Source: a virus (taxonomy: Duplodnaviria; Caudoviricetes). Taken from it: a DNA stretch of 64,000 nt. The stretch covers positions 32,001 through 96,000 of the IMG/VR virus record IMGVR_UViG_3300032038_000003. One strand, given 5' to 3'. The first letter of the stretch is position 1. The number at the start of each line of letters is the position of its first letter. Below the pieces are notes generated by a model. It saw only the letters and a program-made list of their open reading frames with translations. It had not been told where the DNA came from and searched no databases. Positions 48,438 through 57,778 of the stretch are shown here, piece by piece. Made by a program: the position numbers and the translations under genes.

Positions 48438-48602
48438 ATGAAAAATCCAAAGAAACTTACTCGTACACAGAAAGAAAAGCTTACTAAGAAACATCTTGAC
48501 GCATCTGAATACGTCATGATTGCGGAAGACGCTTATACTTTTACTGTTCAGAAGAAGAGTAAGATTGGTACAACTGAAGAAAAGATTACTTTTAATAAAT
48601 AA
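48438..48602 (+). CDS. Small basic protein (54 aa), DUF6906-like
   Basis: MKNPKKLTRTQK start, GAGGAG RBS; not in ORF track. Confidence 0.5.
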   Translation: MKNPKKLTRTQKEKLTKKHLDASEYVMIAEDAYTFTVQKKSKIGTTEEKITFNK

Positions 48603-48645
48603 AATAAGGCGGTGTAGGATAATCCTACACCGCCTATTTGTTTTT
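48599..48645. terminator. Bidirectional terminator at the convergence of the two gene blocks
   Basis: AGGCGGTGTAGGAT / ATCCTACACCGCCT, A-tract on the left and T-tract on the right. Confidence 0.85.
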
Positions 48646-49009
48646 ATTCGTCTGCCGCTGGAAGATCTGGAGCTGCTTCAATAGCTTCAGCTTCTTTCTT
48701 AGCAATACTTTCTCTTGTAGCAATAATCTCTTTAAGAGATACTAATGCATCTTCGATTAACTTGCTAAGTTGAGCCTCTGAAACAAAGAATGTAATTACT
48801 GGATAATTCTTCTTGATATATGTATAAGCTTCAGCGAACTTGATACGTCCAGTGTTAGATCCCCAAGCATCTTCTGCTTTTGCAACAGCATAGAGAGCTG
48901 CCTTTTTAAGAATGTCCTGGCGATATCTGATAAGATAAACAGTTATCGCAATAATAATAATACAAACAACGATACATAATACTGGGTTCTGACAAATAAA
49001 ATCTAACAT
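48644..49009 (-). CDS. Putative holin (LL-H-like, single N-terminal TM)
   Basis: AGGAGGT RBS before MLDF; TM then AALYAVAKAE..WG..TG..K motif. Confidence 0.65.
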   Translation of the reverse strand: MLDFICQNPVLCIVVCIIIIAITVYLIRYRQDILKKAALYAVAKAEDAWGSNTGRIKFAEAYTYIKKNYPVITFFVSEAQLSKLIEDALVSLKEIIATRESIAKKEAEAIEAAPDLPAADE

Positions 49010-49022
49010 CTCTCTTACCTCC

Positions 49023-49421
49023 TTAATGAATATTGTAAAGACCATAATGATACATAAAATCTTTTTCACATTGCTGTTGATCAGCGAAATCACTTTCTTC
49101 ATCTACACCACGCATTTCGTAAAAATATTCTTTTAGGTCATTAATTTCGTTCTTTGCTGGAACAAATCTAGCATTTTCATGTTGCTCAGAAACTTCTTTA
49201 ATGAGTTCATCAGTCCATAAATCATCACGATAAGCGACTCTAAGCTTATTGCTAGACTCGTATGATTGACCCCAAAGATGTTCGCCCTCTAACTCATAAG
49301 AAATAAGATTAGCAATCTCGTCAAGATTTTCTTCGAGTTCTTCAGATAAGACACCAGAACTAGCTAATTCATGAAGAACAGTACAAGCTTCTTGTCGAGA
49401 TAAATAATGATCTTTGTCCAT
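49023..49421 (-). CDS. Hypothetical protein
   Basis: AGGAGG RBS. Confidence 0.6.
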   Translation of the reverse strand: MDKDHYLSRQEACTVLHELASSGVLSEELEENLDEIANLISYELEGEHLWGQSYESSNKLRVAYRDDLWTDELIKEVSEQHENARFVPAKNEINDLKEYFYEMRGVDEESDFADQQQCEKDFMYHYGLYNIH

Positions 49422-49425
49422 GTGC

Positions 49426-50451
49426 TTAATCCTCCTTTTGATTTTGCATTGCTTCTTTAAGTTTTGCTATGGCTTTACGTTTATGACTGCCAATCGTAGA
49501 ACGAGAATATCCATATAAATTTGCGAGAGTGTCTTCGTTTTGATGTCTTGCGTATGACAATACAAGAAGTTCTCTTTCATATGGAGTTAACGATCTAAAG
49601 ATTGGACTGCATACAGCTCCATTGATCCAATTAAAATTCAATGCGTCGTCACTGTAAATATCAATTTCTTCTTCTTTAACGGTTAATAGATTGCTGTTTT
49701 GTAATGCAAGCTGACGATCTATCATATCTATAACCGTATTATATTCGAATAATGCCTTTTCATCAACAGGAACCATAGAATGTGTAATATTATTAGTATC
49801 TGTATCATAATCATTTTCATCTTCGTCGGTCAATTGCATTAAATTAGCACTAATTAATGGGTCTTTTGATAAGTCCTTAAGAAAATGAAAGGCTTCAAAA
49901 TGAAAACATTTTTTGACATACAAATGAAAACTACCATTTGGTTTATATTTAGGATCATCTGGATCAGTAATAATTTTATATTTATTAGCCATATTTAAAA
50001 GAGCAAGTACGAGAGTATTATAAATATCTCCATACTCATATCTTTTAAATAAAGAATAAATATAATCACAAGTATCCTTAATATCAAACTTTTCTTTTGC
50101 TTTGCTACCAGAGAAAAGCTTGATAAAATTTAAGACACTAGGATAAATCTTGTTAATATCTTTTCCAGGAATTTTTACATACGGCAATTTATGCAGCACA
50201 ATAAAATGAGCATAAGTATGTAATGTTCTATGAAATGCCTTGATGATGTATTCAGTTGCTTCTCTATCCCCATCTTTAAAAAGAACAAGGTTACGCTGTA
50301 GATTAGCATAATCTTGTTCAGTAAAATTCGTAGTATCATCTTGTGGATCGAAGTCATTTAGATAAGTATCGTCTAATGCTCGTAGATATTTATAATCATC
50401 GTCGTTTAATGAATTTTCAAAAGCCTGTGATTTTGTTTGTTCTTCTTCCAT
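49426..50451 (-). CDS. Divergent sigma-70-family RNA polymerase sigma factor
   Basis: KDGDREATEYII (region 1.2/2.1-like), SFHLYV (region 2.3-like), LTPYERELL.L.Y...TLANLYGYSRSTI...KRKAIAKLK region-4 HTH. Confidence 0.8.
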   Translation of the reverse strand: MEEEQTKSQAFENSLNDDDYKYLRALDDTYLNDFDPQDDTTNFTEQDYANLQRNLVLFKDGDREATEYIIKAFHRTLHTYAHFIVLHKLPYVKIPGKDINKIYPSVLNFIKLFSGSKAKEKFDIKDTCDYIYSLFKRYEYGDIYNTLVLALLNMANKYKIITDPDDPKYKPNGSFHLYVKKCFHFEAFHFLKDLSKDPLISANLMQLTDEDENDYDTDTNNITHSMVPVDEKALFEYNTVIDMIDRQLALQNSNLLTVKEEEIDIYSDDALNFNWINGAVCSPIFRSLTPYERELLVLSYARHQNEDTLANLYGYSRSTIGSHKRKAIAKLKEAMQNQKED

Positions 50452-50453
50452 CG

Positions 50454-50945
50454 CTATTCCTTTAAATTTAAAATATAAGATAAACCTATAGAGATAGCGT
50501 CGTAAATATCACTAGTCTTTTGTTTATTCGCTTTATCACTATAAGGACCAATTTGAGCTTCTAAGTACGGATAGTATTTTAATACTTCTTCCGCTACTTG
50601 CTCTTTCTTGGCATTACCAGGTAGACCAAAATTTTTTCTAATCTCTGAAGGTTGTCTGTGTACTACTATACGTTTTTGCTGTCTGAAGTAAAAGATAGTA
50701 GCACCACGCAATTCTGAAAGTTGTAAGCCAGTTTTTGCGTTTTTACCAATGAAGCCATCTTCAAGAATGACATGTGGAGCTTCTGGTAAAAAGCTTAGTT
50801 TAGTAATAATTTGCTCTATCCTATCATCAGTAGAATCTTTTGCAGTTGTATTTATTTTACCCTTACATACAAGTTTAAGGGTATCACTATCAATCACTGC
50901 ATAACCAGTGCTAGACAGTGAAGGGTCCAGAGATAATATCAGCAT
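50454..50945 (-). CDS. ruvC: RuvC-type Holliday junction resolvase
   Basis: ILSLDPSLSSTGYAVI, ILED, PSEIRK..G.GNAKKEQV, DIYDAISI. Confidence 0.88.
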   Translation of the reverse strand: MLILSLDPSLSSTGYAVIDSDTLKLVCKGKINTTAKDSTDDRIEQIITKLSFLPEAPHVILEDGFIGKNAKTGLQLSELRGATIFYFRQQKRIVVHRQPSEIRKNFGLPGNAKKEQVAEEVLKYYPYLEAQIGPYSDKANKQKTSDIYDAISIGLSYILNLKE

Positions 50946-50950
50946 ATAAA

Positions 50951-51106
50951 TCAGTCCTTTATAGTAAGATTAGGTTTATTCTTGTCTTTGTTTTCTTCGT
51001 TTTCATCAAAACCATCAATGATTTGTTTTGCGATGGTTTCATCAACTTGAGTTTCGTTATTGTCGTCGATAACGAATTTTCCAGAATCGAGTTTCATATC
51101 TAACAT
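50951..51106 (-). CDS. Small acidic protein (51 aa)
   Basis: AGGAGGT RBS, directly downstream of promoter 51122-51150. Confidence 0.5.
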   Translation of the reverse strand: MLDMKLDSGKFVIDDNNETQVDETIAKQIIDGFDENEENKDKNKPNLTIKD

Positions 51107-51121
51107 AATTTACCTCCTTAA

Positions 51122-51150
51122 ATTATACTATTTATAAGCTATTTATGCAA
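51122..51150 (-). promoter_or_regulatory. SigmaA-type promoter for the ruvC/sigma operon
   Basis: Minus strand TTGCAT-17bp-TATAAT. Confidence 0.7.
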
Positions 51151-51986
51151 ATATTACGATATTCGCAATGGTAACATTGTTTGTCTGGAGAAATACATTT
51201 TATATTATTTTGAATACTCAAAACAACATTTTTGACCGTTTGTTTTAATAGATTATATTCTTTATCTGTATATGTAGTTACAGTTGTTTTCTTGGTTTCG
51301 ATTTCGATTGTGACCACTTGAAAATAATCTACATTAAAGGTTTCTTTAAATGCATACGCAGCGGCCATTAATTCAATGTCGAACTGTCGTGCAATATTAG
51401 TATTAAAACGATTAGTGAAAGTAATAAACTTTACTAGTTGAATTACTTTTTTATTGTTAACGGTATATTCTCGTACATATTCATATGTTCCCGTTAGAAT
51501 AACATTAGGAATAATTTCTATCTGGTATTTATGTCCTATAATAATTGGACATTGCTTATCCTTAAGCATTATGTCGTTAAAATTAAAAATAGCATCGATA
51601 CCTTTTTTACGTAACTGCTCATATGAATTTTTCCATATTGAAGAGCGAGTAATTAAAATATCTTTGGTATTCTTATATTTTATCCATTCCTTACCCCATC
51701 TGTATTTTAAAAATTCAAGCGTACTATCTAGTCTATTTTCTTGTAAGGCTAATAAGTATGCATAAAATGTTCGATGTAAAGATTTATCATATAATGCTCG
51801 AACGTTGATTTCATTTTGATCTTCGTTCTTTAAATCATAGTATTGAGGACAGAAACAAAAATCTCTTACGTCCGCAATATCTATTATAAGTTTATTATTA
51901 ATATCAAGAGGGGTGGATGCAATATACAAATCATTGATTTGTATTTTGTTGTTTAAGTCTCTTGGAGACTGCACTTTTGTAAGCAT
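51132..51986 (-). CDS. RecB/AddB/Cas4-like PD-(D/E)XK-fold protein with Fe-S cysteines, degenerate active site
   Basis: N-terminal FCPQYY, C-terminal P..QCYHCEYRNIC; GTYEYV and VKFIT in place of G.ID and D.KT; true start may be downstream. Confidence 0.65.
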   Translation of the reverse strand: MLTKVQSPRDLNNKIQINDLYIASTPLDINNKLIIDIADVRDFCFCPQYYDLKNEDQNEINVRALYDKSLHRTFYAYLLALQENRLDSTLEFLKYRWGKEWIKYKNTKDILITRSSIWKNSYEQLRKKGIDAIFNFNDIMLKDKQCPIIIGHKYQIEIIPNVILTGTYEYVREYTVNNKKVIQLVKFITFTNRFNTNIARQFDIELMAAAYAFKETFNVDYFQVVTIEIETKKTTVTTYTDKEYNLLKQTVKNVVLSIQNNIKCISPDKQCYHCEYRNICINSL

Positions 51987-52284
51987 TTAAATTAGCACCA
52001 CTTTCCCTTTCTGCTATCAATCCAGGAGTACCTCTATCAAGTTGATTGAATACATTTTGTTCACAATCCCAATGTACATGCCATTTAAATTCATGTTTTC
52101 TAATCTTAGGATCTTTAGAGAAGTCTTCTGGCAACATTGGTTTACCACACATCTGGCAAATAATATATTCGCCAGGTTTTGGTGGTGGTGGAACCATCCA
52201 ATCTTTTCCTCTTGCTCTATCTTCAGCAGCATATGCGGCTGAATTAGCAGCCACATATTGAGCCATTTGTTCTGTATTAGGCAT
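51931..52284 (-). CDS. Hypothetical Zn-binding protein
   Basis: CQMC...HWDC; GGAGGT RBS. Confidence 0.6.
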   Translation of the reverse strand: MPNTEQMAQYVAANSAAYAAEDRARGKDWMVPPPPKPGEYIICQMCGKPMLPEDFSKDPKIRKHEFKWHVHWDCEQNVFNQLDRGTPGLIAERESGANLNAYKSAVSKRLKQQNTNQ

Positions 52285-52663
52285 TTGTAACCTCCGAATC
52301 TAAAGCTTCAATTGCTTTATAGATATAATCATCTACTGGAATAGCGAAGTTTTCTGGTTTAATCATTTTTTCTCTGTCCTCATATGTATGAGTACAAATA
52401 GGAATTTGACATGTTTGGCAAGCAACGTATAAGTGGCTTGCTTTATTCATACACTTGTCACAGATAGGACATGGATTGTATCTAGGACAAGTATGGAATT
52501 TCTTTTCTTTCTGTTCAAAAACAATTCTATTTGGTGAGCCAAGTTTTTGGTTCTTCAGATATCTTCTTAACTTTTGCTCTTCAAATTTAGGAATACCATT
52601 TTCGTCTGGTGCTCCAGCTGCAATTTCTTGTAAACCATCTAAGATGCTATATTTTCCTGGCAT
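52277..52663 (-). CDS. Cys-rich hypothetical protein
   Basis: AAGGAGG RBS; multiple CxxC. Confidence 0.6.
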   Translation of the reverse strand: MPGKYSILDGLQEIAAGAPDENGIPKFEEQKLRRYLKNQKLGSPNRIVFEQKEKKFHTCPRYNPCPICDKCMNKASHLYVACQTCQIPICTHTYEDREKMIKPENFAIPVDDYIYKAIEALDSEVTNA

Positions 52664-52687
52664 GATTAGTCCTCCTTATTTTTATTA

Positions 52688-52716
52688 ATTGTAGCATACG
52701 ACTACACTTAAGTAAA
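52688..52716 (-). promoter_or_regulatory. SigmaA-type promoter
   Basis: Minus strand TTTACT-17bp-TACAAT with TG extension. Confidence 0.5.
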
Positions 52717-53208
52717 GTTGTACTTAGTTCTGAAGCGATATGAAACATCTTGAATCTTATTATTTACTATCTTATACATAACTTGGTTAGTAGTCATACT
52801 TGATAATCCGCCCTTTTTGTAATCATATTTGCCAAGTTTAAGATAGTCTAAAAGATTATCTTTGATTAAATCCGTAAAGAAAGCTATGTCGTTTAAACCA
52901 GAATATACACATGTCTTTAAGTTATAATCATCTTTGATATGCTTACAAAGATTATATAATTCTTGCATATTCTGATCTCCACCCATAAAGCATACACAGG
53001 AAATGAATTCTTTATTTACGGAGAGGACCTTGTCCAGATCCTCTCCAATAAAGTTACCTTCATATTCCCATAAATATTGTGAATGACATTGTTCACACTT
53101 ATGAGGACAACCGCTAATGTTAAATGCCAGAGAAATTTCATCTGGAACTTCTTGGCATACAATTGCGTAGCCTCGATATTTTAATGGAAGATTAGAAGTT
53201 TTGTCCAT
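52708..53208 (-). CDS. nrdG: Anaerobic ribonucleotide reductase activating protein
   Basis: QEVPDEISLA..ISGCPHKCEQCHS, CFMGGD; downstream of nrdD. Confidence 0.92.
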   Translation of the reverse strand: MDKTSNLPLKYRGYAIVCQEVPDEISLAFNISGCPHKCEQCHSQYLWEYEGNFIGEDLDKVLSVNKEFISCVCFMGGDQNMQELYNLCKHIKDDYNLKTCVYSGLNDIAFFTDLIKDNLLDYLKLGKYDYKKGGLSSMTTNQVMYKIVNNKIQDVSYRFRTKYNFT

Positions 53209-55075
53209 TAATGTAATACCTCTTACTTGCTTCGATCTGTCTTTGTTCAGAGAATTTAGATACTCTCTTAAGATATCCAATTACTCTGGTTGCCCAATCA
53301 ACGTTTTCTGAACCGCATCTTGGACACTTATCAAACTTATGCTTGCTGATATAGCCACAGTCATTACATATAGTATTAGGTATATTAAAAGTAAGATAAC
53401 CACATCCTGTACGTACTGCATTGAGCATGATTTTCTTATATTGCTCTTGAGAGAGATGCTCTTCAAGATTCATATGTAATGCTGATCCACCATCAAGCCA
53501 CTTAGTTGTTTTTTCACCATGCAAAACAAGTTTATCAATGATAGACAATCTATCGTCATCTGGTTTATAGAAGTATGAATTATAGCAATCTCTTGGAGAG
53601 AAGTATCCATCTTCTTTATCCCACTTTGCATTCTTAACGCCAAGGTTTTCAGCTGGAACATATTCTGTATTGAACATGATCTTATTTGTCTTTGCGGCCT
53701 TATTTTCTTCGTAAATAGGCTTAAGACATGCAGTACAGAATTCAAAGTAATCATCGTTAGGAGAAATATCAATACCAAGATATTCTGCTCCTTCAATAAG
53801 GCCATTAATTCCTATAGTAAGGAACTGCTTATCCATATTGATATATCCAGCATCATATACTGGCATCAGTCCAGCCTTTAAGTTGCATTCAAGGATAGAG
53901 TTATATGAGATTAAATACTTATGTACTTTTCTCACTTGTTCTCTAATCGAAGCATCTAATTTAGCGTGATCAATATCGTTTTGATATTCTTCAGCAGATT
54001 TGTATGTATTCTGAATTAATCTGTTGAAGTTAATAGTGATAACACATTTACTTCCAGTTGCTACACCACCAGCACCAAGAGTATATGAGAACGTGTTATC
54101 CTGTAATTCGTTACGTAATCTACAACAAGATGCAAGGCTGTCTACTGTCTGGCTTGTGTACATAAAGAATGAATGGCCTTCTGCCCACATACTTGCAATG
54201 AAGTCAGCAAATTCATCATCATCAAAGTATGGTTCATTGTTTTCATCAAAGCCAGATAACAGATTTACTGTTTCTACTGGGAATGTCAGAATGGCTCTTA
54301 ATCTTTCTTGATTAAACCATTTCATGAAGCGTCTCTGAAGCCACATAACAGATTCAAAGTTAGGAACAGATCCATCTGGAAATACAAAGTCTTCAAAGAT
54401 ACTATTAAAATATGCCTTGTCAAAATAAGCAATGTTCCAGAATACACTCTGATAATTTCTTGCAGCTGCTGGCTGGTTAAGAGAGTATACGATCTCTTGC
54501 CAGTACTGAACTATCAACTCTTCAATAGAGCGATGTTTTCTTGAACAATCCGCCTGTTTGGTTGGATGTTTATAGTAATCATCACCGTATTCAATTCTGA
54601 TAAAGTAATCCATATAAGTAAGAAACTCTGGAGTACTTACAGCACCAGCAAACTGAGCAGCAATTGCAAATACAAGATTTACAAAAGAACCACAGAAAGA
54701 TTGGAGATTCTTTGGTGCTTCTGAAATACCACCAACCTCTTTCATTCCATTAAATAAAAATGGATACATTGTAATACTTACACAGTAAGGTAACTCTGGA
54801 TTAGTCTCGTCATGCTTATAAATCTCATGATTATCAAGCTGACGTAAATATTCTTCAGACATATCTTCGCCATATAATTCATATAACTTATCTCCCATCT
54901 GAAGTCTATTAATGCCGATAAAGAGTTCCTTTGGTAATTCACCAGTTAAAGTAGTAACATTCTTGTTTTCCACATTAGCATTAGCATCAAATTTACTACC
55001 AGTTGATGCGTTACTTACTTCCTTGTATCTTTTGATGAATTTAATGTACGGTCTATATTGTTCATACTTTGTCAT
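53192..55075 (-). CDS. nrdD: Anaerobic (class III) ribonucleoside-triphosphate reductase
   Basis: YKHD, PYCVS, TFPVET, ASCCRL, PAENL, C..C...CPRCG, RVIGYL glycyl-radical motif; no N-terminal ATP cone. Confidence 0.95.
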   Translation of the reverse strand: MTKYEQYRPYIKFIKRYKEVSNASTGSKFDANANVENKNVTTLTGELPKELFIGINRLQMGDKLYELYGEDMSEEYLRQLDNHEIYKHDETNPELPYCVSITMYPFLFNGMKEVGGISEAPKNLQSFCGSFVNLVFAIAAQFAGAVSTPEFLTYMDYFIRIEYGDDYYKHPTKQADCSRKHRSIEELIVQYWQEIVYSLNQPAAARNYQSVFWNIAYFDKAYFNSIFEDFVFPDGSVPNFESVMWLQRRFMKWFNQERLRAILTFPVETVNLLSGFDENNEPYFDDDEFADFIASMWAEGHSFFMYTSQTVDSLASCCRLRNELQDNTFSYTLGAGGVATGSKCVITINFNRLIQNTYKSAEEYQNDIDHAKLDASIREQVRKVHKYLISYNSILECNLKAGLMPVYDAGYINMDKQFLTIGINGLIEGAEYLGIDISPNDDYFEFCTACLKPIYEENKAAKTNKIMFNTEYVPAENLGVKNAKWDKEDGYFSPRDCYNSYFYKPDDDRLSIIDKLVLHGEKTTKWLDGGSALHMNLEEHLSQEQYKKIMLNAVRTGCGYLTFNIPNTICNDCGYISKHKFDKCPRCGSENVDWATRVIGYLKRVSKFSEQRQIEASKRYYINGQNF

Positions 55076-55087
55076 AATTCTTACCTC

Positions 55088-55297
55088 TTATAAATTTTTG
55101 ACATATTCTAATGCCTGTGGAAATGCTAAATTGTTATCGTCTACTCCTAAAACTGGAACAGACATAAAACCTTTTTCTAACATTACGTCAATGTCTGTCA
55201 CTGATTCGTATTCGACACCTTTCTCTTGTAATACCCTTTCAAGTATCATACATTTAGGGCATCCGTCAGAATGATATAGCGTAATCATAAGCAACAT
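55088..55297 (-). CDS. Glutaredoxin/NrdH-like protein
   Basis: GCPKC, SVPVL. Confidence 0.8.
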   Translation of the reverse strand: MLLMITLYHSDGCPKCMILERVLQEKGVEYESVTDIDVMLEKGFMSVPVLGVDDNNLAFPQALEYVKNL

Positions 55298-55302
55298 CCT
55301 CC

Positions 55303-55701
55303 TTAAATTATCCAGTTGATTTTATTTTCACTTAGTTTTGTGTCATTGTTAAACTTGTCTATCATGGCAAGTATTGTGCTTTCTACATCCTTCTCAATCA
55401 TCTTGGATTGGCATTTCTGTAAAAAGTCATCGAATAACCAGCCTTTACCAATCGTAATGTTACGCTCTGCATTATATAAATAAAGATTGTAACATTGATT
55501 TAAAAGCTCGGTTTTAATGTAATAAATATTAGGGTCAGCATAATTAGTAACTGTATCTGTAGCAAAATTTTTAATGACCTGATCTACTCCAGCTAACTCT
55601 CCAAATAGAGTAGCGTATTTAGGATTAGCTTTTGCAAGTTGACCAAGATCATTCAGATTGATTCCCAATTCTTGTTTGATCATCGTCGTTCTCCTTATCA
55701 A
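55303..55701 (-). CDS. Hypothetical protein
   Basis: Co-directional ORF; probable start MIKQE at 55683. Confidence 0.55.
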   Translation of the reverse strand: MIRRTTMIKQELGINLNDLGQLAKANPKYATLFGELAGVDQVIKNFATDTVTNYADPNIYYIKTELLNQCYNLYLYNAERNITIGKGWLFDDFLQKCQSKMIEKDVESTILAMIDKFNNDTKLSENKINWII

Positions 55702-56080
55702 ATAAATTCTTCAAAGGTACGTTCTTACTTAATCTGTATAAGATAGTTGTTCTTGGTACGCCAGTAATTCTACTCCATTCGGATATATTTTTTGTTTCAC
55801 CATCAATAGTAAGATAGTTGGCATTTACTGGATCATGAGTTTTGTAATATTCTTTTAGATTTTCTCCACCTTGCTGTCCTTTAAGGTGTCCGCATGATTT
55901 AATAAATCCACGTTTGATACCATAAAGAGGAGCAATTATTTCGTTTCCACAAGAACATTGACATCGCACCCAAGGGCCGCCGTAAGCTTTGTACTTATCT
56001 CCATCATCTGGTTTGTCGCTGTAAGATAAGATTTTTAATTCGTTGATTGTCACCCCAAGTTTGATTTCGTATTCGTTCAT
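55649..56080 (-). CDS. Homing-endonuclease-derived DNA-binding protein lacking nuclease core
   Basis: W.CQCSCGN....L..G..KSCG N-module and YLTIDGETK.ISEWS...G....TI.YRL C-module without an intervening HNH. Confidence 0.6.
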   Translation of the reverse strand: MNEYEIKLGVTINELKILSYSDKPDDGDKYKAYGGPWVRCQCSCGNEIIAPLYGIKRGFIKSCGHLKGQQGGENLKEYYKTHDPVNANYLTIDGETKNISEWSRITGVPRTTILYRLSKNVPLKNLFDKENDDDQTRIGNQSE

Positions 56081-56095
56081 CGATCTTTACTTCCT

Positions 56096-57778
56096 TTATC
56101 CATAGACTATACTTGTATAAGTTTTTTGTGCTTGTGGATCGCTTTCTTTTAAATAAGCCATGTCTGGATAAAATTCAAAAAAGTTACGACCCTTATAAGT
56201 TCCATATTTATTTTTAGCAAAATGTACTTCGAATATTGGTTGCTTGTAAGGATTATTATTTATCGAGTAATATATGTTAGCACCTTCGCCTTTATAATGG
56301 ACTTCATTATAAACAAGCAGAACTGCTTTAGCTGCATATTTAATTTTAACGGATTCTCTCATATCATCTAATTGAGGTCTTCTTGTGCCGTTAAGCTTTT
56401 TTAATTCAGCAGAGCATATCATTGTAATGTTATATTTCGTAGAAAAATCCTGGCACCATTGAGCAAGAGTATCAAACTTGTCTTTTGCAGACAGATTAGG
56501 TTGATCTCTTATGTCCATGTCATGAAAGTTGTCTATAAAGACTACCAGTTTTTTATTTATTTGATGTTCATCAAAATAGATTAGCTTTTTTACTATTTCG
56601 TCTCCTATATCCTCAACAAATGTAGAAAAAGACGAATCGTATGCTCTGTATTTATCAGTCATATTTCTTAATGCAATCAATGTTTTTTTACGTCTGATAA
56701 GCATTAAGGGATAGTTCTGATATTTTAATGGTGTTTTGACTGAGTTGATTACTATTTGTCCAGAACATGCAGCCATTCTTGCAAGTTTGTCTGGCATTGC
56801 ATCATCCAGTGAAAAATCCATTACATAAACATCATCATTCTTACTAATGACATTCCATGCAAGATTACAGATTAGTGCCGATTTACCAAGGTTACTATCA
56901 CCAGCAATCATTACAACGCCAGGATAAAGTCCACCACCAAAAGCATTATCTATACAGTCATAACCAGTTTTGATTCCAACATTGGCTGGAGACCATGCCG
57001 CCTTTTCGAAGTTATCTAAAGTTTCCCACATAGCCAACTGATAATCTTCTGTTGGTTTTGCGGGGAAATTAAATGTAACGGTCTGTTGCTGACCATTCAT
57101 ACTCACACTAGTTACTTCTTGATAAGCTTGATCTTGTGTAGGAATAACTGGAGAGTAGAAAGCAGAGTCTTGTATTGTAATATTAGCACCAGTTTCTTCG
57201 TCTTTAACTGTAATAACATTGTTCGTTGTATTATTACTCATAAGATTACCAACGCTGGTTAACTTATTAAAGCCATAGAAACCAGTTTTTGTTCCTTTCG
57301 ATCTAAGATTAGGATCAAGAATCAAATCATCTGATTGGTACAGATTTAATGTTTGAACATCAGCTAATCCAGCAACAAGAATTTCGTTATCTGATATCTT
57401 AAGATTAATAATCTGTGGGTAAGTATTCTGTTTGAAAATGATAGGAAATTTACCATATTCAACTGTCTTAATACCTATTCCTAACGATTGGATATCTGGA
57501 ACATTGTACTGTTTAGAGTTACCAATCGTCCAATCGATGATGTTAATTCCCAATACTATTTCGAGTGCAGCCTCACCTAAAAGACCAGTATAGAATCTTT
57601 TAAACTCTCTTTCTCCATCTATTTGATGCTGAACTTCATTCTGCTGTTTATACGCAATAAGTTGCTGTATAAAAGCTTTAATCTTATCAGTAGTCTGTTG
57701 TGGAACAACGACTTTCTGAAAAGATTGTATAAATGGTTCAACACATGTTGAGTAGTTAATTTGAGCCTGTACTTCCAA
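56096..57778 (-). CDS. DnaB-like (SF4) replicative helicase with extra N-terminal nuclease-like domain
   Basis: IKTGY, AGDSNLGKS, FSLD, VFIDNFH, SAEL, RPQLDDMRES, KNKYG; N-domain GLLGEAA...PDI...IKT. Confidence 0.85.
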   Translation of the reverse strand: MEVQAQINYSTCVEPFIQSFQKVVVPQQTTDKIKAFIQQLIAYKQQNEVQHQIDGEREFKRFYTGLLGEAALEIVLGINIIDWTIGNSKQYNVPDIQSLGIGIKTVEYGKFPIIFKQNTYPQIINLKISDNEILVAGLADVQTLNLYQSDDLILDPNLRSKGTKTGFYGFNKLTSVGNLMSNNTTNNVITVKDEETGANITIQDSAFYSPVIPTQDQAYQEVTSVSMNGQQQTVTFNFPAKPTEDYQLAMWETLDNFEKAAWSPANVGIKTGYDCIDNAFGGGLYPGVVMIAGDSNLGKSALICNLAWNVISKNDDVYVMDFSLDDAMPDKLARMAACSGQIVINSVKTPLKYQNYPLMLIRRKKTLIALRNMTDKYRAYDSSFSTFVEDIGDEIVKKLIYFDEHQINKKLVVFIDNFHDMDIRDQPNLSAKDKFDTLAQWCQDFSTKYNITMICSAELKKLNGTRRPQLDDMRESVKIKYAAKAVLLVYNEVHYKGEGANIYYSINNNPYKQPIFEVHFAKNKYGTYKGRNFFEFYPDMAYLKESDPQAQKTYTSIVYG

